Origin: a virus
Taxonomy: Duplodnaviria; Caudoviricetes
Length of the DNA stretch: 37,317 nucleotides
Direction: 5' to 3' (one strand)
Virus record (IMG/VR): IMGVR_UViG_3300044723_003130
Location: 1-37,317 of that record
Shown in pieces: positions 1-7,754 of the stretch. The notes under the pieces are model-generated. The model made no database searches, was not told the origin of the DNA, and saw nothing but the letters and a program-made list of their open reading frames with translations. Every line of letters starts with the position of its first letter. Position 1 is the first letter of the stretch. Position numbers and translations under genes: made by a program.

Positions 1-1
1 T

Positions 2-148
2 TTAGCCATTACTTTCTCCTTTTTTATATAGATCATTAAAAAAACAATCGTCACAAAGTATTACTGCTTGATCCTCGTTCCAATCTTCACAGTCAAATTG
101 ACCTTCGTGATCTTCTTCTCTCTTACAATTATCACATTTTTTTATCAT
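2..148 (-). CDS. Small CxxC...CxxC zinc-ribbon-like protein (48 aa)
   Basis: Start moved from 199 to the ATG at 148, which follows a strong SD (AGAAAGGAGAA). The protein MIKKCDNC...LCDDCFF has two Cys pairs. Confidence 0.6.
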   Translation of the reverse strand: MIKKCDNCKREEDHEGQFDCEDWNEDQAVILCDDCFFNDLYKKGESNG

Positions 149-163
149 CTTTCTCCTTTCTAA

Positions 164-218
164 CGACCGAGCAGGAAGGTTAACTAACCAAGAGAGCAAA
201 AAATAACCTGCTCAGTCG
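164..218 (-). promoter_or_regulatory. 12-bp stem-loop in the 5' leader, directly upstream of the SD
   Basis: Arms cgaccgagcagg (164-175) and cctgctcagtcg (207-218). The single mismatch is a U-G wobble on the minus-strand transcript. Confidence 0.6.
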
Positions 219-297
219 CATGTTTATAAAGTGTCTATTAAACCAGTTAAAATAGACCTAATATAAATACTATAATTAAATATTCCATAATACAAAA

Positions 298-618
298 TTA
301 AATTTCTGATAGAATTACGTGACCAACTATTTTTCGTCTTATAATATCTAGTTCATTACGAGCATCTTCAGGGTGTTCTTTATTATAGTTTAACCAATAG
401 TCATGATATGCTTTACTTGCTTTAAGATTTTCTTTCTTTTGAGAAAATAAACCTTCTTCGTCACATAACATTACATAGTTTTTTCCATCCCATCGTGCTT
501 GAGCAACTTCAATTAAACTGCAACCAATGATATTTCTAGCATGATTCCAATCTATTTGTTTAGCATGTTCAAAGCCAATGTGAAAACCACTCTGAGGTAT
601 AAACACATGTTTTACCAT
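298..618 (-). CDS. DUF3846-like phage protein
   Basis: Pattern IIGC.LIE...MLCDEEG...IVGHVIL resembles DUF3846; strong SD AAGAAAGGAGAG upstream. Confidence 0.55.
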   Translation of the reverse strand: MVKHVFIPQSGFHIGFEHAKQIDWNHARNIIGCSLIEVAQARWDGKNYVMLCDEEGLFSQKKENLKASKAYHDYWLNYNKEHPEDARNELDIIRRKIVGHVILSEI

Positions 619-715
619 TTTACTCTCCTTTCTTAATATTTAACTTTCTAATATATATAAAATAATTATTAGCAAAAAAGACAATAAAGTAATCGCAAAC
701 AATCGAAACTCATAA

Positions 716-997
716 TCATTGAGTAACGAAAGCAATTTCTTTTTCTTCCAACGCATTATAAATACTATCCTCCATATCGAGTTGATAGAGTTCTCCATTA
801 AAATATTCAAATAAAACTCTATAACATTTTGGCTGACGCTTTACACTATAATGTATTGGAAATACAGTATCTTCTGGTATTTTTTGTAAATCATTTATAT
901 CTTCAAGATATCGAGTAAATTTATTATCAACAGCAAAGCGGTTAGCTTTTCTAAGTTGAGCATGATTAATAACTTTACATTTAATAAATCCAGGCAT
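716..997 (-). CDS. Hypothetical protein
   Basis: 93-aa ORF with a TAATG overlap with the upstream gene. Confidence 0.65.
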   Translation of the reverse strand: MPGFIKCKVINHAQLRKANRFAVDNKFTRYLEDINDLQKIPEDTVFPIHYSVKRQPKCYRVLFEYFNGELYQLDMEDSIYNALEEKEIAFVTQ

Positions 998-1194
998 TAA
1001 TTACCCTCCAATATATCTTTTAATTCTTCTAGATCAGAACCATCGTCACTAAAGTCAGATAGTTCTAAACCAAAAGAGTTGGCTAACTTTTCGTCATCTG
1101 TTTTTTCTATTTTATCTTCTGGCTTCCAACCATCTGGTGGAGTATTTTCTTTATTTATATCTTTAATTAGATCATCTAACTTTTTAATAGTCAT
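997..1194 (-). CDS. Small acidic hypothetical protein
   Basis: 65-aa ORF with SD GAAAGGA upstream. Confidence 0.65.
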   Translation of the reverse strand: MTIKKLDDLIKDINKENTPPDGWKPEDKIEKTDDEKLANSFGLELSDFSDDGSDLEELKDILEGN

Positions 1195-1332
1195 ATTTAT
1201 CCTTTCGTTATTAGATTAATTTTAATTTATATATAAAATTAAATAGTCAATAAAATCAAGATAATTTAATACGATAGACTATATGGCTAGACTTAAATCC
1301 GAGTGAATAAGACCGGTCTACGTCACACTATT

Positions 1333-1635
1333 TTAGTGGATTTTAAACTCATTCTCTATATTTACTTGATATCGAATACTTTGATTAGCTGTAATAACAG
1401 CATCATAATCTATAAATTTAAATTCTTTTTTCATCTTTTGAAGACAGAATTCAAAGAAGCGATTGATCCTCGGAAAGTAAGGTGAAGCATCATGCTGAAT
1501 GAATTCAAACTTTTGAATCTCTTTAGGTTTTCCTTTTTTATGATAATAAAATGTAACTAGATAATCTTTGCAAGGTTGTTGATACAACTCTCTTATAATA
1601 TCTTTTTCGTTTTCATTTTTATCAAATAGATTCAT
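1333..1635 (-). CDS. Hypothetical protein
   Basis: 100-aa ORF overlapping the end of the upstream gene in a tightly packed operon. Confidence 0.6.
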   Translation of the reverse strand: MNLFDKNENEKDIIRELYQQPCKDYLVTFYYHKKGKPKEIQKFEFIQHDASPYFPRINRFFEFCLQKMKKEFKFIDYDAVITANQSIRYQVNIENEFKIH

Positions 1636-1834
1636 TTTCTTTACAATAAAACTTAGTATAATATTGATTTTTATTCATGTCTTCTACATTAAATTTTTTT
1701 AAGACTTTTTCTGATTCTCTATATCCATATAAACTACATTCTCTAAAATCTTTAAATTCTTTTTTTATTAGATAAGGTCCATCGCAAACATTCAAAGTAA
1801 AAGAACACATTAATATATATAAACTAAAAGTCAT
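1622..1834 (-). CDS. Small Cys-containing protein with hydrophobic N-terminus
   Basis: Start moved to 1834 because of the ATGA overlap with the upstream stop at 1831-1833. Sequence MTFSLYILMCSF...C...C...C. Confidence 0.6.
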   Translation of the reverse strand: MTFSLYILMCSFTLNVCDGPYLIKKEFKDFRECSLYGYRESEKVLKKFNVEDMNKNQYYTKFYCKENESI

Positions 1835-2133
1835 TCGACCAGTATACATCTATTTATAAGGTTTCGTAAAACTTTATTTTGTTTTAATATGTTATAATAT
1901 TCTTCACTCCATTCTGCGACACGTTCTTCTCCATGTGGTGCAACTTTAAAATTATTTACTGATATAATGATATGAAATAACTCATGAAATAAAGTGCGAC
2001 CTAAAACTCTTTTTGTTAAACCCTTTCTTATGACTAATTTATTATGATTATAATAATAAACAGCATAGTCTTCTATGTTTTTAAACTCTACTTTAATGAC
2101 TTTATCTTTGTATTTTATCTCTGTTAGTTTCAT
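1831..2133 (-). CDS. HExxH (zincin-like) metallopeptidase-domain protein
   Basis: TLFHELFH motif followed by a downstream Glu (HGEERVAE). Confidence 0.6.
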   Translation of the reverse strand: MKLTEIKYKDKVIKVEFKNIEDYAVYYYNHNKLVIRKGLTKRVLGRTLFHELFHIIISVNNFKVAPHGEERVAEWSEEYYNILKQNKVLRNLINRCILVE

Positions 2134-2155
2134 AGGGCCAAATTAATGGCCCTAT
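2132..2155 (-). promoter_or_regulatory. 9-bp hairpin overlapping the start codon of the HExxH gene
   Basis: atagggcca (2132-2140), loop aattaa, tggccctat (2147-2155). No U-tract follows it. Confidence 0.45.
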
Positions 2156-2163
2156 TATAATTC

Positions 2164-2910
2164 TTATCGACCTAACATTCTAGATTTAGTTTGAGCATTT
2201 ACTTGAGTATTTAGCCCTATTCCATCGCCTTTTTTCTGACCACGACCATAAGCCACTCTATCTCTTACACTAAAACTAGACTTAGATGTTCTAACTCTAA
2301 CACCTTGATTAGCGAGCCACTCAGAAATAGCTTGTTGTTCGTTCTTATATAAAATAGGTAAACCATCTGGATTATCTATTCCAGTATAAGCAGGGACTAA
2401 CTCACTATACTTATCTATTAATCTTGATTGTAATCGACTAGCACAACCAAGTTGAAAAGCATGTTTCATTTTATTAACAGCAGATTTACTACCTGGCGTT
2501 TGTTTAAATTCTTCATCAGCTAGTCTTTCTACAGTTTTTTCAAAGTAATCGCACATAGACTTTGCAACGATACGATTAGATTTACGACCAACAAACACTG
2601 CTTTTTTAACTTTCTTATAATTTTCGTCAAAGCCTGTTTTTTGAAACATAGAACAAAAATATAATTTAGCAGTTGCTTGTGCTATCCAAGCTCTCCAGTT
2701 TTCTCTACCGAGAGGATGATCATCTCTATCTATTGGTTCGTGTTCACTGTCGTCTTTAACATCACTTAAAGATAGATTATGTTCTTTAAGTAATTCTTGA
2801 ACTTTAGAAGCTGCCATCATAGCTTCGTTCTCTGAAGCACCATTATTTTCTGACATCTTTAAAAGTTTTTGTATTCGTTTCAGAATACTATCTTTTTCTT
2901 CTTCTGGCAT
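2164..2910 (-). CDS. DUF2786-domain protein
   Basis: N-terminus ILKRIQKLLKMS...SENEAMMAASKVQELLKEHNL matches the DUF2786 pattern; C-terminal AYGRGQKKG. Confidence 0.75.
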   Translation of the reverse strand: MPEEEKDSILKRIQKLLKMSENNGASENEAMMAASKVQELLKEHNLSLSDVKDDSEHEPIDRDDHPLGRENWRAWIAQATAKLYFCSMFQKTGFDENYKKVKKAVFVGRKSNRIVAKSMCDYFEKTVERLADEEFKQTPGSKSAVNKMKHAFQLGCASRLQSRLIDKYSELVPAYTGIDNPDGLPILYKNEQQAISEWLANQGVRVRTSKSSFSVRDRVAYGRGQKKGDGIGLNTQVNAQTKSRMLGR

Positions 2911-2925
2911 ATTTCTCCTTTCTTA

Positions 2926-2972
2926 GTTTGTAGCTAGAATACCTTGAGCTGAGCCCGAAACTAGCTACAAAC
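2926..2972 (-). promoter_or_regulatory. Perfect 12-bp stem-loop in the 5' leader, directly upstream of the SD
   Basis: gtttgtagctag (2926-2937) and ctagctacaaac (2961-2972) with a 23-nt loop; SD AAGAAAGGAGAA follows immediately. Confidence 0.65.
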
Positions 2973-3051
2973 ATCAACTTGTAAAATAGTAAAACAATAG
3001 AATTACAATCATTAGGCGAACCTCGAAATAACTATTGCTTTACTCTTTTAT

Positions 3052-3080
3052 AATATATTTTTTTTCTAATTATTAGACAA
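3052..3080 (-). promoter_or_regulatory. Putative sigma70-type promoter for the DUF2786 operon
   Basis: TTGTCT (3080-3075), 17-nt spacer, TATATT (3057-3052) on the minus strand. The AT-rich background lowers specificity. Confidence 0.45.
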
Positions 3081-3461
3081 GAAATTTTTAATATCTTCCC
3101 AATTGTTCGCTATACTAATGTTTTTAAATTCTTCTTGAGATATACCTTTTGCTAATTTTTCTCCATCGCTTCCTTTAAATAAATAAACTTCTCTATTCTT
3201 TTTTACTAATATAAAGACTTTACCACCATAAAACTCATAAGCTTTATGCCAAGCTAATTGTTCTATAGTCAATTTAAGTTTTACTTTAGTATTTTTTCTT
3301 TTAGGTGTTTCTAAATACTTACCTTCAATCCATCCAGTGTGTCCACCATAAGTAACGTAGTGTACATCTGGTATTCCTCGTTCTATTTGAGTTTCTATTC
3401 TTTGTATAAAAAAGCCAGGAAGCTTTTCTCTAATCTGTTTCCAAAGTAGTTTTTCCATCAA
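3066..3461 (-). CDS. VRR-NUC / PD-(D/E)xK nuclease (Holliday-junction-resolvase-like)
   Basis: GIPDV...GWIEGK...EQLAWH motifs; last gene of the replication operon. Confidence 0.75.
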   Translation of the reverse strand: MMEKLLWKQIREKLPGFFIQRIETQIERGIPDVHYVTYGGHTGWIEGKYLETPKRKNTKVKLKLTIEQLAWHKAYEFYGGKVFILVKKNREVYLFKGSDGEKLAKGISQEEFKNISIANNWEDIKNFLSNN

Positions 3462-4194
3462 ACTTGCAAACAGGTATCTCTTTCATTTTATGTAAATTTC
3501 TTTTTCTTATTTCAAGATACTTTTTATATTCTGGTTCATTAGGTCTAGTCATTAAAAATTCTATTTCTTTATAACTCATACCTAATTGATCAGTGTCTGT
3601 TCTACCATCTGACCATAAACCGTCAGTTGGCTCTGCCATTTGTATATCTTCAAGTATACCAAGCTCTTTACCCATATCCCATACTTGCGTCTTAGTACAA
3701 TCAGCTATTGGAGATATATCAACACCACCATCTCCATACTTAGTAAAAAATCCTACACCAAAGTCTTCAATTTTATTTCCTGTACCTACAACTAAACCAC
3801 TTGTACTAGCTGAAATTTGATATAATGTCATCATTCTTAATCTAGCTTTTGAATTAGCAAACCCTAGAGCTTCAGTAAATTTTTTATCTGTCATTAAGTT
3901 TTCGAATGCTAAATAAGCATGAGTTAAATCTATTTCAACACCATAAGCATTTGTAAATTTAGTTGTTAACCAATTTTTATGTTTAATAGATAAATCGTGA
4001 TGCTCGGGTCTTTGTGATATAGGCATGGAAGCAACTAATGTTTTCATACCGGTCATAGCACATATAGTAGATACAACTGATGAATCAATACCACCTGATA
4101 CTCCTACTACTAAACAATTCGCAGGCTTATCCATAGATTCAACATAATCTAATATCCATTTTTTTATGTATTCAATTCTATCTTTAGCTTCCAT
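3430..4194 (-). CDS. nadE: NH3-dependent NAD+ synthetase
   Basis: VVGVSGGIDSSVV (PP-loop), ANSKARLRM, GTGNKIE, GFFTKYGDGGVD, PTDGLW. No glutaminase domain. Confidence 0.9.
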   Translation of the reverse strand: MEAKDRIEYIKKWILDYVESMDKPANCLVVGVSGGIDSSVVSTICAMTGMKTLVASMPISQRPEHHDLSIKHKNWLTTKFTNAYGVEIDLTHAYLAFENLMTDKKFTEALGFANSKARLRMMTLYQISASTSGLVVGTGNKIEDFGVGFFTKYGDGGVDISPIADCTKTQVWDMGKELGILEDIQMAEPTDGLWSDGRTDTDQLGMSYKEIEFLMTRPNEPEYKKYLEIRKRNLHKMKEIPVCKFDGKTTLETD

Positions 4195-5449
4195 GTTTTC
4201 CTATCGGTATATATTTAACACCTTCTATCGTTTCAATATACCTAAATGGATCAATAACTACATCTCCTTTTTTAAAATAGAAATGTTTCCATACTTCATG
4301 TTTAGTACCTATAAAATAAGTTTGTGGTTCTGTATCCCATTTATTGTCTTGTATAACTTTAAAAGTTTCTTCTTTGTCAACCCAAGGATCCCACATAAAT
4401 ACATCTTCACCTTTTTCTTCTAAAATATTTTTTAATAAAATACTCGGGCTACCTAAAGTTAGATTAGTTTCAGGTTTAAAACATTTACCTAAAATATTAA
4501 TTTTATTATTAATCTTATTATCAATACAAAGTTGTGCTAACCATTCTGTTTGATTTTCTCTTTGTCTCATTATATTATCATACCAATTGTATGATAAATT
4601 TAACTGTTTAGCCAAATAAGATAGAGCAATATTATCCCGAGGATGACAACCCCCACCGTCTCCCATACCTCCATATAAATACTTATCACTAATAATCCTT
4701 GTTGTGCACATAGATAAAGCTCTACTTACTTCATCAACATCAGTATTAGGTAAGTGATGGCATGTCTCCATGATTGTGTTAATTATAGAAATTTTAGTAG
4801 AAATAAATGTATTGTAAACTACTTTTATTAATTCAGCATTTTCAATTGTAGTTTTAAAAAAAGGACTAAGTGTAATTGTTCTATAAAATTTTTCTGCTTT
4901 TTTAGCAGCATCTTCATCATCTACACCAAATAAAATTATTTCACTATTTAAAAAATCGTCAATAGTTGTACCCATTGCTATAAAGAATGGATTATAACAA
5001 AGCTTTAAATGTTTTCCAAGTATTGGTTTAATATGTTTTGTAATAGTACCAGGAAGGACAGTAGATATAATAACCACAGTTTTATCTTTCCCTTGTTTTT
5101 CGATTTCTTCATTGAGTTCTTTTATTCCATTAATTAAATATTCATAATTAAAATCTTTTCGATCATCAGGTATTCTAGTTATACCTTCATACTTTTCTTC
5201 ATGTGGAGTTTGAATTGGAACAAATATTATATCAGATTCAGATACTATTTCGCTAACATTTTTTAATTCTAATTTAGAATTTTTTAGTAGTTCTTCAGCA
5301 CCTTTTTCTTTATAATTGAGTGTTTTAAATCTTATATTTCTTAAAGTTGTTTCGTTAATATCCGTACCAATAACTCTATGTCCTTTTTCTTCTATTGCAA
5401 GAGCTACAGGTAATCCTAGCTTACCTAGTCCTAAAAATCCTATATTCAT
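4184..5449 (-). CDS. UDP-glucose/GDP-mannose dehydrogenase family protein (atypical)
   Basis: GLGKLG Rossmann motif, QTP, STVLPGT, AELIKVVYN, GGGCHPRD, ILGKCFKPET. Confidence 0.88.
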   Translation of the reverse strand: MNIGFLGLGKLGLPVALAIEEKGHRVIGTDINETTLRNIRFKTLNYKEKGAEELLKNSKLELKNVSEIVSESDIIFVPIQTPHEEKYEGITRIPDDRKDFNYEYLINGIKELNEEIEKQGKDKTVVIISTVLPGTITKHIKPILGKHLKLCYNPFFIAMGTTIDDFLNSEIILFGVDDEDAAKKAEKFYRTITLSPFFKTTIENAELIKVVYNTFISTKISIINTIMETCHHLPNTDVDEVSRALSMCTTRIISDKYLYGGMGDGGGCHPRDNIALSYLAKQLNLSYNWYDNIMRQRENQTEWLAQLCIDNKINNKINILGKCFKPETNLTLGSPSILLKNILEEKGEDVFMWDPWVDKEETFKVIQDNKWDTEPQTYFIGTKHEVWKHFYFKKGDVVIDPFRYIETIEGVKYIPIGKHGS

Positions 5450-7287
5450 TTTGCTGTACCCCAGCTATCTCCTTTCTCAATGTCTACCTTTAGTGGTACT
5501 TCAAGTTTTACAGCATTTTTCATGATTTGTATAGCTTCGTCCAAACATTTTTGTTTGCCGTGTGGTACAGAAAAATCTAATTCATCGTGTATAGTAAGTT
5601 TAACATCAATCTCGTCCATTAAACCACTATCCCATATTTTTAACATTGCTGCTTTTGTAATATCAGCAGAGCTTCCTTGTATTAAAGCATTTAATCCAGT
5701 ATGTGTCATTGCTCTTTTTAATTCTTGCTTAGGATATTTTTCGTAAGCTTCTGATAATGGTACTGCTTTTTCTCCCCAACTATCTCTAGGTTCCCATAAA
5801 TCAAATCTTCTCTTACGACCTAATAAAGTTTTTATATATCCTCTACTACTAGCTACATGTGATACTTGTTTAGATAATTCTTTTACAAATGGTACTTTAG
5901 AATGATACTTATTAAAAAGATCATAAGCTGAATCTAAATCTAATCCTAACTCTGCAGCTAATTTTTTATTACCCATTCCATAAAATAATCCTAGATTAAT
6001 AGTCTTAGCTTGTTTTCTAGGTATACTTGCCATATCAGCAACCATCTGATGAAAGTCAGTATCATCTTTATTATTAAATTGATCTCTAGCTTCCATTGCA
6101 GTTTCCATCTTTTTTAAAGATGCGTAATGTACTAATACTCTAGGCTCTTGTTGAGAGTAATCTGATACAACCCATTCTGATTCTTCTTCTGGTATAAATA
6201 AACTTCTGATCATCGGACCAAGTTCAGGGTCTCTTGCGGGTACTTGCTGTAGATTAGGATAGTTAGAGCTAAATCTACCTGTAACAGTTCCGTGTGGATT
6301 AAAATTACAATAGATCCTACCATCAACAGCTTTCTCTAGAATCATATTTTTAATAAATGTATTTCTAATCTTGTCTAACTTTCTAACCGCTAAAATGCTT
6401 TTAGAGACATCATCCACTTGACTTTCAAGCCAATTTGCAGTGAAAGACGCAGTGCCTTTTTCGGTGTAATTATAACTAATCTGATTTTTATCATATGCTT
6501 GTTTTAATGAAGCATTTGCCCATACATTAACTTCATTTCCTCCAAGTCTATTTAGTCTTTGTTGCAACTCACTTTGCTTTTTTTCAAGTGTGTCAAATAG
6601 TTCTTCTGCCTTACTAATATTAATTTTTACTCCTCGCTTACGAATTTCAAATAAACAATTAATTAATCTTGATTCAAACTCAACTATGTCTCTTATCTCT
6701 TGTTTATCAATTATCTCTTGTTGTTTTTGAAATATTTGTAAAGTTAATAAAGCATCTTCTTTAGCATACTCAGATACAAAATTTGCGTGTAATTTCCATA
6801 AGCTTTCTTTTACTTTAGCACGTTTACCAAACTCAGCTAATACTGCTCTTTCTAATTCAACTTCATATTTAGATTTTCTTAAATATCTTTTAGCAAGACT
6901 ATCTAATGAATACTTTAATCTATTTTCATCTATTAAATGCTCTATTCCTTGCACATCGTAAATTCTATGACTACGAGTAAAGGCCAGTCTATTATCGTGT
7001 GAATAAAGCCACTCCATGTCATAAATAGCATTGGCAAAAACGTAAGTTTTATTGAGTTTTAACATTTTATCTAAAAAATCAATTACTTTTTCATTATCTA
7101 AATTACCGCCACCTTGATGACCTATTGGAAAATATTCATTATAACCAGTGTCAGTTGCTATAGATATTCCAACTAACTTACCATCTTTTCTAAATCCACC
7201 TGGTCCATGAGTTTTCAAACGAGGGTCGTGTGTCTCAGTATCAATAGCAATGATACTAGACTTTTCTAATTCAGTGAATCTGAACAT
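5446..7287 (-). CDS. polA: Family A DNA polymerase with 3'-5' exonuclease domain
   Basis: ExoI AIDTET, ExoII NAIYD, ExoIII YAKED; motif A DYSQQEPR, motif B RKQAKTINLGLFYG, motif C TIHDEL. Confidence 0.95.
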   Translation of the reverse strand: MFRFTELEKSSIIAIDTETHDPRLKTHGPGGFRKDGKLVGISIATDTGYNEYFPIGHQGGGNLDNEKVIDFLDKMLKLNKTYVFANAIYDMEWLYSHDNRLAFTRSHRIYDVQGIEHLIDENRLKYSLDSLAKRYLRKSKYEVELERAVLAEFGKRAKVKESLWKLHANFVSEYAKEDALLTLQIFQKQQEIIDKQEIRDIVEFESRLINCLFEIRKRGVKINISKAEELFDTLEKKQSELQQRLNRLGGNEVNVWANASLKQAYDKNQISYNYTEKGTASFTANWLESQVDDVSKSILAVRKLDKIRNTFIKNMILEKAVDGRIYCNFNPHGTVTGRFSSNYPNLQQVPARDPELGPMIRSLFIPEEESEWVVSDYSQQEPRVLVHYASLKKMETAMEARDQFNNKDDTDFHQMVADMASIPRKQAKTINLGLFYGMGNKKLAAELGLDLDSAYDLFNKYHSKVPFVKELSKQVSHVASSRGYIKTLLGRKRRFDLWEPRDSWGEKAVPLSEAYEKYPKQELKRAMTHTGLNALIQGSSADITKAAMLKIWDSGLMDEIDVKLTIHDELDFSVPHGKQKCLDEAIQIMKNAVKLEVPLKVDIEKGDSWGTAK

Positions 7288-7754
7288 CTATCTAGAATAA
7301 CTTTCTTATTTATATATGACCATGAAGCACCTCTACCCATTGCGTGTTTCATCCAATAATCGCCTAATTGATCTGCGTCTACATACTTTTCCATAAATAC
7401 TATTTTTTTAGCAGAAGTATTTAATAATAATTTTAAACAATGAATGCAAGGACTTAATGTACAGTACACTGTATCAATATCGTAGACATCTTTACATTGA
7501 AGTAATGCGTTTTGTTCAGCATGAATTGCTTCACATAAATCTAAACCTTGACCTGATTTTAATCTAGCTCCTTTACATGGATTATCTATACAGTGTTCTT
7601 GACCAGATGATACTCCATTATATCCTGTAGCTATTACATGTTTTTTTGAATTAACTAAAATACAACCTACTTTACGTCTAGCACAAGTTCCACGTTCTGA
7701 AACTAAATGCGCCATCTTTAAAAAATACCATTCGCTAGGAATTCTATATGCCAT
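7266..7754 (-). CDS. dCMP deaminase
   Basis: TCARRKVGC, TGYNG, HAEQNA (HxE) and SPCIHC (PCxxC) zinc motifs. Confidence 0.9.
   Translation of the reverse strand: MAYRIPSEWYFLKMAHLVSERGTCARRKVGCILVNSKKHVIATGYNGVSSGQEHCIDNPCKGARLKSGQGLDLCEAIHAEQNALLQCKDVYDIDTVYCTLSPCIHCLKLLLNTSAKKIVFMEKYVDADQLGDYWMKHAMGRGASWSYINKKVILDRCSDSLN

Noticed and set aside
1-9. Start of another minus-strand gene (ATG GCT AAA after SD AAGGAGA)
   Set aside because: Only three codons lie inside the window, too little to annotate.
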